64,000 nucleotides of DNA from Octopus bimaculoides (taxonomy: Eukaryota). This document shows, piece after piece, positions 21,852 through 35,924 of this stretch. The position numbers and the translations under genes were made by a program. The DNA is taken from assembly GCF_001194135.2 (NCBI RefSeq), contig NC_069005.1, forward strand, positions 467,950 through 531,949, read 5' to 3'. Position 1 is the first letter of the stretch, and each line of letters begins with the position of its first letter. The notes beneath the pieces are model-generated. The model ran no database searches. It was given only the letters and a program-made list of their open reading frames with translations, and was not told the DNA's origin.

Positions 21852-22883
21852 AAACATCAGACAGACGCGGCGAGCAAGCCGAAACTTCGAAGTCACTATC
21901 AGTTCCTTGAAAATGTAGTAAATGCTCTCCACTAAAAAGCAGTGTGTGGTCCTTCAGTTAAATGTTTTTATGTATGGCTTGACTTTAAAAACAAACAAAT
22001 GTGTGTATTTGAAGTGGCCACCAATTTTATAAAACAGGGAGGTGACAAATAAACCTTTTCGGATTGGAAGAATCGGAAAAAGATGGAGTATAAACAACAG
22101 ACACCGAAGTGAAATGAATGTGATTCATTATTTATACTGTGGTGCGGTATTATTTTAGTTTATCTAAGAATGTGAAACCTGTGTTTGTTCAGTGATATAA
22201 TAGTTCAGGGTAAGATGGATAAATAAGAATTTAGAGTACGAAGTCAAGATCGTGATGCTAGGAGGACATGTAGAATTTTTATTGAGTTATTATTATTATT
22301 ATTTCAACGCTCTCTATATTCCACACAGTAATGTGTATACGTATATATATATTATGTAATTTTAAGTTGTGTTGTTGAATCAGAAGAAGTGGTGTGTCTC
22401 CTCTGCTAGTTTTCTAAATATGTCTCCGCCCACTCAAGCAGTTTTTTCCTATGAAATGAAACACAAAAATTTCCTTTCATGCACGGACTTCCGTGTTTTT
22501 AATTTCTCGATTAAAAACAAAAACAATGTGTCAATAAATACGTGATTTTCTTCCCATAATAACAACTGTTGCTTTGGTCGCCACGACCAGAAAGATGCAC
22601 CACCCCCAGGCCAGATTCTCCCTGGTCGAGCCCCAAAAATGTATAAAACCACTTTAGAATCGAAACTGTCCCGTTGTTTTGTTTTTTGTTTGTTTTGGTA
22701 GACTCCGGCCAGAAGTGATGTGGCGAGAATGCGTACCTCCTGGGGCAGGGTATCAGTTTCCTGACTCCCCGAACCCCGGGCTCCCCACCAAAAATACAGG
22801 TTTATACAGCGTTGCCCGAGGTGGACCGCCCCTTCGTCCAACCCCTACTACAGTTTATGTCCTTATGTCCAGTTATGTCCTTA

Positions 22884-22932
<49 letters not shown>

Positions 22933-25900
22933 GATGCTAATGTACGATCTGAGGCGAATTTTGCTATTGTTTCTGACGAACCAGCGAGCGGCCGTGTAAG
23001 AGACTTTCTCCATAGTTGTCATCCATAATATTTCTTGTCTGTTTATAGTGCAGAGGGGGGTGGGCAATGATTGCTTCTATTTGTGCCAAACGGAAATCAA
23101 AACCAATAACGATACAACAAAATAGGTGAGGCTAATGTCTCGAGCGAAGTAATATATATTCTTGGATAGATAGATAGATAGATAGATATAATTAATGGTG
23201 TTTCACTGCTTTCGGATCAAAAGGTTTTCATTTTAATATTTGCCTTTACAACTTCCAATTAATTCTCGATAAAAAAAAAAAATTCTTAAAACACCGATCC
23301 GTTTAAATCTGGTTAATTGACTTTTACCTTTCGTCTCTTGGGATTGATAAAAAAAATATCTGTAATGTTCTGGGATCGATTCAAAATTTATATTTATATA
23401 TATATATATAAATCGTACGGTATTTTGTTTATTATTTGCTATTAATTCTGACTACCCTGCCTTTTTATTTATTTATTTGCTAACATATTTCATGCAGTGT
23501 GCGGTTCAACTTGTTGCTTATGTCAGCAACGACCTTCTTAGGCTGACGACATATTACTGTTGTTGTTGTTGTTATTATTATTATTATTATCATTATTTTT
23601 ATTATAAATATTATTATCATTATCAGATACGTGTGTGTGCACGCGCGTATGTGTATCTGTACACACACACTCACACACGAAAGCTAATGCCGCAGAACGA
23701 TTTCGTTGTCGGTTGTGGAGAGGTCTTTCTATGAAGCAGTGCCAACACTACGATGTTTATCCTCGTGTGCCCACATCTGTAGTGTGTGTGTGTAAGGTAG
23801 ACTCTCTCGTATGAGTTGAGAAAGCTTCAACTAATTAAGATTATCTAAGCAGTTAGTGGACAAAATCTCCCTCTAGGCGTGTTAAAAACCTGAAAGACAA
23901 GGGATTCAATTCCACTAAAATCAAATAATCAAATTTTTTTTTTAAATAAAAGTGTCGAATCGTGTCTGGTTTTTGAATCCAACTGGTGAAAGTAATGTAC
24001 ATGTTCCTGTCTCATTAAACCTCTTCAACTAAGCATCTACTCAGTTGGCAAGACTTAGAACGATTTAGTTGGTTTGTTTGTTTTAACGTCCGTTTTTCCA
24101 TGTTTACATGGGTTAGATGAATATGTTATTGAAGTATTGTTTTACAATGCTAGATGCCTTTCCTATCTCTAACCATTACTTGTGAAGAATATTTTATTCC
24201 CTGTGGCTTCAGAGGCATGAATCCAGAAAATAATCTGTTGATGAGAGCTGACAACAATATCACCTACAAATTGCAACTTAGCTAGATGCAAGCAAGCTAT
24301 ATTGTCATCGTCAATGTTTTGGTGTTCATTTTTCCATGCTGGCATGGGCCAGGTGGAGTTTGCTGAGGCATATTTTCTGTAGCTGGATGCCCTCCCTGTA
24401 GCCAACCTACACTTGTTTCCCAGTAAGCTAATATTTCCTCATGGCAGGACACATTTTCATAGAAGATTGGAAACAAAGAACACCACTTGTATGAAGGTGA
24501 CACTCGTTTACAACTGTCATGTGATGTCAAGGAAAAAGTGACACACACACACACTCACCCCACCATATGCACACACACATGCACACGCACACCTACATTT
24601 TCCGGTTAGCATTATTCTTGGTATGGTTCCAGTAGTGGTGCACTGGTTCAGGGGTTCCAGTGTTTTGATTAAAGAAAAGAATGTTTGTTAGTTCAATGGA
24701 TTCGTTTATCTCAGACGTTGTGGGTTAAAATGACTTTTGTGTAAGATAGATTTACTTTCTATAAGGGTAGATTTTAACATGAACTNNNNNNNNNNNNNNN
24801 NNNNNNNNNNNNNNNNNNNNNNNNNNNNNNNNNNNNNNNNNNNNNNNNNNNNNNNNNNNNTGGGGTGGGGGTGAATAAGACCTGAGATTTATCAATGTCT
24901 TGTGATCAATTATATTTATCTATTGATTTAAATTTTATCTGAAGGTTTTTTGAAGTAAAAAACTGAATTGACAATCATAGCATTTGAACTTTAGAACTTT
25001 CTAATATCATCTACACAAACAATACCACATCAGTGAGAAAGCCTATATCCAGTCACTCAGCTTGCTAGAAATAGCAGCAAAATCTCTCTTTTGTCTTGAA
25101 AAAGGAAAACAAGGGTGTTTTATATGTAGTCCTAGATGCATTATGTCTCAGAACCATAGATGTGATGGTCAAGGTTGTAATGACTTTGATCAGATATGTA
25201 TGGTCATATGTGACCTAGGGTTAAACACTAATAACAGTCATTAGAGACTTAGTTTTGATCTCTGAAAGAAGCCGAGAACTTTGTTGCTTAGTTATATGGC
25301 TCTTGTTGTTAGCCGTGGGTCTGTTGATGTTTCGCCAATCGGTCAGTCGAATGATTTCACAGCCATAGTGAAAGTGACCCGTCGAGGAAGCCGAGCAATC
25401 CCAACAAACCCAACAGTTTGTCAAATCTGTTTTACTTGGAGGAGACGTAAATTCTGTGAGGTACCAGCAATTGAGGCAGCCCACTTAGAGGAGCAAGGAA
25501 GTGATTCAGCGTTGAGGACAGGCACTTAAGCCTTGACTGATGACAACCTCTCAAATGCTTGTGATGGGATAAAATGCATACAATCCATGCTGTGCAAAAG
25601 TGGCTAAATTTATGAAACCAAAATAAACAGCTTATATAGTAAAATTAATCAGTTTTATTCTGTTACTGGAATGAAGGGCAGTAATTAGGGGTCAGGAGGC
25701 ATTGTGAGGCCTGTTTGACCTTTCAGTGTAAGAAGAAATGGACATAAAACACTGCTACGTGTGGTGGTGGTGGTGGCACTAAGGAGTCTTCTTGGTCCAA
25801 TAAGTTAGCCTCTGCATGGTTGCTCACCCTGCTAGAAATAACAAACTCCCCTTAAATCACATCAAGATAACAGCAATGTAGTAGTGGTAGTAGTAGTAGT

Positions 25901-26152
25901 AGTAGTAGTAGTAAGTGTTAGATACCCTGGGTGATCATGGTTACTGTGTTACTGATTATAAAAGACTATACAATGAAATGCTTGTATTTGGGTTAAACAA
26001 CATAAGTCTCCCTACTGGATGAGTTATTTCTATTTCAAACATAAACACTTTTCTGTGTCGCACATATTTTAAATGCTTTGGTTTGTTGAGTTTTATTCTT
26101 TTTGATTCTCAATTCAAATATGAGACATTATCAATGAAACCANNNNNNNNNN

Positions 26153-26193
<41 letters not shown>

Positions 26194-28850
26194 ATATATG
26201 GTTGAGGGTAGCAGTTGTGATTGACCTAAAAGAAGATGGAGGCAACCACTCTACCTGTGGGGCATGGCAGTATTTTGGTTGGCATCGGTTACTTCAGAAG
26301 GGTTAGAAAAGGGTCTGTAAAAAGGGAATAAAGTTTCAGCTAAAATGTTCTTTTACTCATGTATGTGTGTGCATATACATGCACACACATACATATACAC
26401 ACATTCACCAGAATGTTCCATGCTGGTTCTAAATATCTCATGCCATCAACACATGACTAACAAAATACTCCACCAAGACATCCAATATATCAGAGAGAGA
26501 CAACAATATGACCACCCGGGCTGTGATTTATTGGTCAGTGTTATAAAGAAGAGTCTGGTTGCTCTTGTATGGCAACCTTTTATTTTTGTATTTCTTTGTG
26601 TTATAAACTTTACTTCCAAATGTCAGTTTTACGTCCTGCCAGGATCAGCTTCCTCTTTCATCCATCTCGTATCAATAAACTAAAGCACCAGTGTTGAGTA
26701 CTGACGTAGATCTGATTGACTATAACCCTTCATCACAAATCTAAAGCCTTGTGCTTGGGATGGAAGTTAATTTTATGCTTCTGCTACAACTTAGACTCAT
26801 GAGTCATTGCCATTCTATGCTGTTTGTTTATAGCCACAGCTGGACTCTACCATTAAGAATGGAGAGTTTTAAGGACATGCGGCAAGACACTGTAAAAGTT
26901 GATTATAATTATCTGTAACTCCAAATCACTGATGTGATCTCTTTAATTCCATACATTTAATTGTTGATGGACATTGCACCGTCTTTACCCTTATCAAAGA
27001 CGGTTGATTAAAGTCAACTCTTGATTTCACTTATCAGTCCACACTTGTTTTCATTAATTAGTTTTTAATAAGTACAAATGTAACATGTACTCACCCTTCG
27101 TTACCATATTTCTCTCAAAATATCTTTGTCATTATTATTATGAAACTGATGTTTGGAAGATGAATTAACATGAAATTCTGATGTGCCTCGCGAGTGAAAT
27201 TGTGAGATGGTTACTGTGCTGAAACCCTTCGTATGCCTCTGTGTGTGTGTGTGTGATTCTCCAGGAAGCTGGCTTGTAAGAACCTATTTCTTATTCAGGA
27301 AGGGCATCTCCCTCAGATATTTAATATTTGTAATTCATATATGTGTACGTGTGTGTGTGTGTGTGTGTGTGTCTTGAACATCTTTGGAAAAATGGTGTCT
27401 ATGTTCATATCCCATAACTTAGTGGTATAACAAATAGAGATTGTTAAAATAAACACCAGACTTTAAAATATAAGTTGTGTGTGTGGTGTCATTTTGGTTG
27501 AGTGGAGCCTTTCAAATCATTGCCCCAGCATGGCCACAATCCAGACTGACTGACTGAAACCATCAAAACATTAAAAGAGTATCAGTAGTGTGAGATAAGG
27601 CAGATTCAGCTGCTACTTTTGGCAGGTCAAGCAAAGCAACTGCATAAAGGCTTCTCTCAAGGCTTGCTGGTGTATCATGGGATGTGTCTGTTTAGATTTC
27701 ATTTTGTTTGTTCTACGCACAGATATTTCCTTCTTGCTATTTTTGTTTGCTGCTATTTGTTCTGTCCCACTGCAACCATTGCTTTATCATCTAATCTTGG
27801 CAAGCTTGCAGTTACCTTCAGCTCAGCATCATATCCCCATCTACCGCAATTGTCTCTGAGCACTCACCTCCCTATCACTGTGACTGTTTCTCCTGGGCCT
27901 TCCTTGGCCTTTACTCACCTCTGAGCACTTTCTGTAGCAAGGACCCCCTTCCAGCACCTTTTTTTCACTGAGCATCCATTCACAATTACACATCAATGCT
28001 TATATAATTAATTCTCTTTCCTGCACACCTCAACAAAAGTATTCAACATTCAGTTACCTTTCCAACTCATTTTTACGCTGCCTTTCATCTTTCTTGCAAG
28101 TTGACATAAATTGTGATTAATGTCTCCACAAACTAGATTTACATTCCAAATTCACTGCTGAACCGACTAACCTTGTCCAAAGGCCCACCATTAATGACCA
28201 TGGGATCCCTAGTCTCTTTAACTTCATAACCGTTTAGTGATGTCTATTTGTTTCAAAGTACATTGCTGCATGTAGCAAGGTCCTTATATATATATATATA
28301 TATATAGAATGTTTGTACTTTAAGGGGTTCTACAAACCCCTTAATTATGGAGCCCTGCATTGTGTACTTGTACTCAAATAATTGTATAATATTGTTTTTG
28401 ATGTTGCTATTGTTGTTGTTGTTCTAGTGTTAGACATTTACTTTTCAATATTATAAACCCATGTTTGTGATCTTGACCATTTTCTGTTTGTTTCGATTTT
28501 TTTCCTCTTTATGATGTGTAATTTTGTTTAAATTCTCTCTGGTACCGATTGGTCATTTTTAGGAAACGTTTCCAATTCCTGGTTTCATTTTGCCAAAGCT
28601 AAACCACTGCCGCCTGGTAAGACCTTCCAAATACTCTCGCTTCTCTGCTTCCTGTTCTCTTTTAACTCTTTCCTTTAAAGTCTTGGAGCTGGACAACTCT
28701 TCTATTCTTTTATTGAACTCGGTACTAAGTCGCTTTTTCGGTAGAAGAGACTCGTATTGATATTGGTAGATTACTGATATTTATTTCTGTTAAGGCATTT
28801 GGTACACTTCAGACAAAATGCTGCCCTCCACTACGCTAAATATTAGTTGT

Positions 28851-28915
28851 AATTATGGTTTGCAATTATGGTTTGCAATTATGGTTTGCAATTATGGTTT
28901 GTAATTATGGTTTGC
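28851..28915. repeat. 13-bp tandem repeat x5 (aattatggtttgc)
   Basis: Units start at 28851, 28864, 28877, 28890 and 28903, with one C-to-T change. Confidence 0.95.
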
Positions 28916-29355
28916 AAAGTCTGCTGGCATTTATGAAGGATATTTGAGTGTAAACCACAGCTACCATAAAAGTAATGTCTTCAAACAGCTTACCACAAGT
29001 GGTTTGGCTGCTATTTCTTGCGGGTGAAGTGATCACATAATGGCTTTCTCTCAGCTTGAGGTCACGTAACTAAATATTCTACAACAGTAAGTTTGTTAAA
29101 ATTTCATGAAATGGAATAAATTATTTTAGTTTCATCTGCTTCCTTCCTGCAATTAGCTCACAAACGGGATTCAACTGGGAGTTTATTTTCTGCTTGATGA
29201 TTCTAGCCAAACATTGAGAATATAAAACTGGAAATAAATATCAAATGGATGGAATCTCTCTCAGTTTCAATAATGAGAATTCAATCATTTAATCACCTGG
29301 AATTGCTGCTCATTGAATTGTCATGTGACCGAATATTCCACAGACACATGTAATC

Positions 29356-29572
29356 TTAACCCTTTAGCATTCAGATTATTCTGTCAAATTTAATCCTTAT
29401 TTATTCACATTGTTTTCAACTAATCCTGCATTATCTTGTAGCTTCGAGATTTTGATGATGTGATCAGTAGTAATTAGTGTGACATTATAGGATAGGTGTG
29501 AAAGGCCAGATCTGTTTTGAACATAAAACAAGTAGAATATCAGGGCAGGGGTATGGCTAGTTTAAAGGTTAA
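29356..29572 (+). mobile_element. MITE with TTAA-CCC terminus (piggyBac-like)
   Basis: Begins ttaaccctttagcatt and ends aaaggttaa. Related copies at about 1885-2110 (reverse) and twice at 34130-34520. Confidence 0.6.
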
Positions 29573-30995
29573 AGAGTAGAGTAATTCTCAAAACAGAATC
29601 AGTGTGACAAGGCTGGACATTTGACTCACTGGTAGAATTCATTTGATGGGCTTCTTTACAGTTTCCATTTACCCAACTTTACTAACAAGGTATGGCCTGA
29701 GGTTGACCTGGGGATTGTGCAAAATGATATTTAACCAAAATGTCACACAGTGAGATGGAATAATTTGCCTGAGAGATGACAAGGGGGCATGCCTGTTAAC
29801 CCCTTTTGTTACCCTTTTTCTGTTGAGATTCTCTGTGTTCCTTTCAGTTAATTCTAAATATAACAAAGAATTTAGTAAAATAACTGTTTAATAAGATAAA
29901 CTGTTGAGAGTGGGAAGCCTTTACAAGATCATTTGACCTGCTGAAAATAGCAGCTAAAACACCCTCAGATTTCATTCTGATGACTTAAAATACAGAATGG
30001 TTCATTGAGCAATAGAGTCTATAACAAGGTCATGGGTGTAATGTGCTTGATTAGGTTCTATCATCTAATGATGTCATGCTTATTCTTTTGTTTGTTTTTT
30101 TGCTATTTTGCTGCTGCTGCTACTACTACTACTACTACTACTACATTTATTTTGTTCTACTTTGTTTTATGATATTCTTGTTCTGCAAGTTCCCACAATT
30201 TGACTGCAGCCTTCAAAGGTTTTAGTCAGTTGACCCCCCCCNNNNNNNNNNCTTCAGCCTGGTACTTATTTGATCAATCTCTGTTTATCTACTGGTAGGT
30301 CACCTAGCTTTTTTTTTATAACATCAGTTTTTACACTGCTTAACAATAAACACACACACACACATCTCTCTGTCTATTTGTTTGTGTAGATATTTTGTAA
30401 ATTGTAAACCGGAACCTTCTCTGTGACCGAGTTTCATGTTTCCAGCCTATGAGAATGTGAAACCTGGAGTAATTGTTTGTGAAGTTTTTAGCTTAGAGTA
30501 AATAGGACCAAATGGACGAGTAAATTGGGCGAAATATTGTAATATTTTGTTTTTGAGTAGCCTTTTTACTCCTCCTCCTTTGCCCAATTCTTTGGAGCAT
30601 AACATAAATGCATGCACACACACACACAGCGCTGTTTAATTTCACTTTGATAGCACAAACTGGTAATTAAAAGCATTCCAACCGTGACCAACCCCACTTT
30701 TCCTATGTCCAGCACGAATATTATCCAATGGGTTCTTTGTGTGCATGGGTGTGAGTGTGTTGATTTGAGGCAGCGTTTCTCAACTGGGTTTCCCTGGAAC
30801 CCTAGGGTCCCATGAGAAAGAGTGAGATAAACTAATGCTAATTTCATGATGGTAGTATTACTATACATACACAACATATTATTGTAATATTGTAATATAG
30901 ACATCATCCTATCTAACCTATTATGTTATTAAGAAAATATAACAACCATTGGGAATATATTAGAGATGTCTGTAATATATGGACACCGTGTACTA

Positions 30996-31054
<59 letters not shown>

Positions 31055-31595
31055 GTGATATTTACCACGTGAACTATGATGAAGGAAATATGAGAAAGTC
31101 ATGGTATATAATTTTTTTGGTGCAGGCATTCTTTCAGAAGTAATTTATTTTAAGGGTTACACAAGGGTAAAAAGGTTGAGAAACACAAATTTGAGGGTTT
31201 GGTTGCTATTTCTAGCACTGAATGACCATATAGAGGCTCCTTCTATGGTTCATGCTAGTGATGGTGGTGGTAGTGGTGGTGATGATAATGCTGATGATGA
31301 TTTACTAATTCCAATATATTTTATTGATCTAAATCCATTTTGGTTAGTGAAGCATTTAGCATAACAATATTTGGTGTTCTTAATGTGAAACTAGTGCAAT
31401 TCTGTTGCACTATGTTGAAACTGGTGCACATTTGTTGCACATTCATCTTTTGAGTGCTTTCCAGTCAATTACCTGTTCATTGATGTCATTCTATGGCGAA
31501 GAAGAAGTTCCATTTGCAATCATTCCATTCTAGGTTCAATCTCACTGTGTGGTACATTCAAGGAAAGCCCCCTCTCTCTCTCTCTCTCTCTCTCT

Positions 31596-31633
<38 letters not shown>

Positions 31634-32688
31634 CACCACTGTCAACATTATCATTGAACATCCGCTTCCCATGCTGGTAGGGGTTGGACGGTTTGCCTGA
31701 GGACTGGCGAGCCAGGAGGCTGCACCAGGCTCCCATTTCATCTGGCAAGGTTTCTACAGCCAGATGCTTTGCAGCTTTTTACCATTTTACCATTACGGCG
31801 TCTACACAGGCTATATTCCTTAATGTCTGAGAAGAGTTAACGTTGTCTTGTGTTCCCAAAACGTGGTTCTAAATATTCATCTTTGCCAGAATAAAGAGAT
31901 GATCTTTAATGGAATTCAAACTGAGAAATAGCCAGGAAAATCTAATTGTTGTGCCAGGCTGTTCATTAAGCTATCAATAGTCGTTACTCAACATCTTTGT
32001 CATTATTTGTTGTGTTGTTGTTTTTTCATGAACACACGGTTTTCATGTAATTCTGATGATTACATACTTCTGTGCATACCTGCATATATGTAGGCAACTA
32101 TGTATACACATATACAACGAAATTCATACATATATATATATATGTTGTACAAACACATACGTTGTATTCATGTATGTATACTCATAATATAGTCATCCAT
32201 GTATATGCATACACACCGATAGTTATACATGTTATACATTCACACACATCTCATACACAAACATCTGTTCAATATAACGCAAACATGGAACAGCTGCAAA
32301 AAAATTTGATATTTTTACTGCAGTAAATAGAAATCAAGGTGTTTACTTCTTTTTTTGTTATTATTATTTAATTTCTGCAGACGGGGATTTTTTTTATATT
32401 TTGAATTAGAAATTATTATATTTCTATTATAACTCTTTTGTCTTCATTTTGTTTTTTCTGTCAAAAATTCATGACCTAGGAAAATGGTTGCTGACCATTA
32501 AGAACATTGTGCACTCAAATTTATACGTTATGCTTGTGGCTCTGCTGATGATTTTATATATATTGGGTCATCCCATAAATAATGAGGTTTTTTTCAATTG
32601 TATGAACTAAAAGTCAGAGGGGGACGAGATAAACTACCTGCATCAATTCGCTATAAAAGCAGGAAGCAATTTTACCTTGTACTTATTC

Positions 32689-33190
32689 TTAGTGAAGAAC
32701 TTTTTTGCCATGATCATCTTTGGTGTTACAAGGTCTCTCACTCAACTGTGCTCCACACATAATAAGGGGTTTGCAGTCTGGAGAGTTAGGTGGCCAGATT
32801 TTAGGGGTGATGTGGTCGCAGAAATTGTCTGACAGCCATGACTGGGTTCTCCTGCTTGTGTGGCATGGTGCAGAGTCCTGTTGCCAGACACAAGGTCTTC
32901 CAGCAGCCATTCTCTTGACCCAGGGCAGCACTACCTCCTCCAGGCACTTGATGTAGGCCCCCCCCCCCATGTTGAGTCTGAGGCCATGTGGGAAAATGAA
33001 TGGAGGCCTAGTGTTGCCATCACTAGTGATCACTCCAAACACCATGAGGTTGACTGGATGTTTGATGTTTATCCCTCTCGGTACATGATTTGGGGACACG
33101 GCAAGCCAATGGTTGTTCTGTGTGTTCACCATCTGATCCTGGCAGAAATTTTTCTCATCTAAGAAAAACCAAAGCATGTTCAGTTGGAGG
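32689..33190 (-). mobile_element. maT-family (DD37D) transposase remnant
   Basis: WFFLDEKNF...VWQQDSAPCHTSRRTQSWLSDNFCDHITPKIWPPNSPDCKPL. There are 37 residues between the QQD Asp and the frameshifted third Asp position. Confidence 0.85.
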
Positions 33191-33953
33191 AGATGCTTGA
33201 GTCTCGAAAAAGTGAAGATGAGGGCACATCTGAGCAGATAGATGGGTTGTTGTATCAGTTGAGTTCAAAAGATGGGGCGGTGGGGGTGACACTAGGGATG
33301 GTGATTAACCCTGAAACTAAGGAGAGAGTTGGATCTTATTAAGTTTATTTATTCATCAATTTACATTTCTGTCCTTTGTATGTCATTAAATATAAAACAA
33401 CCTCAGATATTTATTACTCATACAAGAAGAAGACTTACACACACACACACAAACACACACACATACACACCTTTTGTATTTCATCCTTTGAAAAATGAAT
33501 GTTAAAATGACGATAGAAATAGAAAAAAAACAAGAATCTGATGAAACAAGTGATTTTTTTTTTAATATTTTATTTATTTATTTATTTATTTGCCAATTCA
33601 AATCATCAATAATTTCTTCAGAATCTGTCTTTTGTTATCTTTATGAACCAATTTCTATTTCTTGTCTCTTATTTTCTCTCTCTCTCTTTCTTTTTATCTA
33701 TATTTACAACTTCTTTTTTTTCCAACTTCTTAAAATCTTTATTGTTGTCTTCTTCTTCTTTATACACAACTAGCTTTGTTTCTTTCTCTCTCTCTCTCTG
33801 TCTCTCTCTCTCTGCCTCTCTCTTTCTCTCTCTCTCTCTCTTGCCAGTCTTTTGCAAAGTGTTTGCTCCTCAGTCTCTCTCTCTCTTGATTTCCTACACT
33901 TTGTCTAACCATCTCCTCCTCTTCCTTTTTCCCTCCTTGTCACTCACCTCCAA

Positions 33954-33985
<32 letters not shown>

Positions 33986-34129
33986 CTCACTGCTAACACT
34001 CCTCTTTCTTTTATCGTAAACATAAGATAAAAGCCACAATGTCTCAAGTTTATCAAGACTTTTCTAGGATCGGTTCATTTGACTGGAGAAAACTGTTGTC
34101 CACAAAGAAATTTCTGTTCACTGCAACCT

Positions 34130-34520
34130 TTAACCCCTTCACATTCAGATTACTCTGCCAAAGGTTTCCATTGTACTCAATTAATCATGCATTATCTCAT
34201 AGCTATGAGGTTTTGTGGATGTGATTATTTTTAGAATGACATTGTAGGATAGGTGCAAGAAGCAGAAGCTGGCCAATTTCAACACAAAACAAGTAGAATA
34301 TTCAACCCAATTTAGACCTTAAACCAGCCATAACTGGCCCAAATATTCTACCTATTTTAAGTTAAAACTGACCAGATTCAGCCTTTCACACCTATCTTAC
34401 AATGTCATTCTAAAAATAAACAATCACAGCATCGAAATTGCAAAGCCATGAGATAATTCATGATTAATTGAAAACAATGTGAAAGAATTTGACAGAGAAA
34501 ACTGAATGCTAAAGGGTGAA
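34130..34520. mobile_element. Two adjacent inverted copies of the piggyBac-like MITE
   Basis: 34130-34310 forward and about 34320-34520 reverse. Shared blocks aattaatcatg, attatctcat, ttatttttagaatgacattgta and gtagaatatt. Confidence 0.75.
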
Positions 34521-35866
34521 AGAGATATCTCTTCTCTCCACAACCGATTAAATATGGAGTTTAAATAAATCTTATGTGATTCTAGAGTCGAGATATTTGT
34601 AGCAGAGTAAATGTTGCAGTATACTGTCTTGTGTACCTCAATGACCCTGAAAGCCAAGCTACCGAAGTGCAAGCTCTTAGCAGGGTCACCCATGCTAGAC
34701 AGATCACAGGAAAGAGGCCAGACTAATCTGGATCACCCCTTCCCAGGGGTAAAAATGGGCTTCTGTAGAGCCAATGCTCCTACTTAGAAAAAAAAGTAAA
34801 GTTGCAGAAGCTTCTGCAATTTTATCATTTTGAGTTCAATAAAATAAGTAGCGTTTGAACCCTAGAAGACCAATGTAATCAACTTATCCCCCCTCCCTGG
34901 AAACTGCTGGCCTTGTACCAATCTTTGAAACCAATATTATTCAGGATTTTCAAATTAAGGCAACGATGTATTTCAATAGAAACCCAACAGCAAAAGAGTC
35001 AAGCACATCCAACCAGGCTCTTCTATTCGACACTCTCTACTCTTTCCGTTGTTTTTCTCAATCTCTGCCCAATCCTCTCTCGTTCTGTTAACTCTTCTCT
35101 TATCAATTGTTTCCTTCACTTACTGGCCTACTTTTTACTATTCACATCTCATCTAGTTTACTCTCTTTGCCAAATGACATCATAACGGACACTCCCTTGT
35201 CCGTCCACTTGCACCCTTGAAACCGTGCATTAAACTATGCTGGTTGCTATGGAAATTAAGTTGGCTGCAAATGTTTTTTGGTGGGGTTTTAAAAAGTTTT
35301 GAAGTAGATTAGCTGCAAGTGACAGCAGTGACATCTGATAATTCCATGTAAACAATCTGTAACATAACTAATGTGTACAAAGATATATATATATATATAN
35401 NNNNNNNNNNNNNNNNNNNNNNNNNNNNNNNNNNNNNNNNNNNNNNNNNNNNNNNNNNNNNNNNNNNNNNNNNNNNNNNNNNNNNNNNNNNNNNNNNNNN
35501 NNNNNNNNNNNNNNNNNNNNNNNNNNNNNNNNNNNNNNNNNNNNNNNNNNNNNNNNNNNNNNNNNNNNNNNNNNNNNNNNNNNNNNNNNNNNNNNNNNNN
35601 NNNNNNNNNNNNNNNNNNNNNNNNNNNNNNNNNNNNNNNNNNNNNNNNNNNNNNNNNNNNNNNNNNNNNNNNNNNNNNNNNNNNNNNNNNNNNNNNNNNN
35701 NNNNNNNNNNNNNNNNNNNNNNNNNNNNNNNNNNNNNNNNNNNNNNNNNNNNNNNNNNNNNNNNNNNNNNNNNNNNNNNCTGGGCTCCAGTTCAATATCT
35801 GGACCCTGTAAAATAGTCAAAATGCATTTGTGTGTTTGTGTGAAAGTTATGGACAGCAGGATGTAT

Positions 35867-35924
<58 letters not shown>

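Noticed and set aside
25221-25529. Overlapping Cys-containing ORFs on both strands in AKAP10 intron 1
   Set aside because: No recognisable domain and no convincing splice-site pair in the AKAP10 frame.
28563-28616. Possible 54-nt phase 1-1 AKAP10 exon (ttttag|...CTG|gtaaga)
   Set aside because: Weak acceptor and no similarity to AKAP10; it lies in a stretch that looks like a decayed minus-strand element. Cannot be excluded without RNA data.
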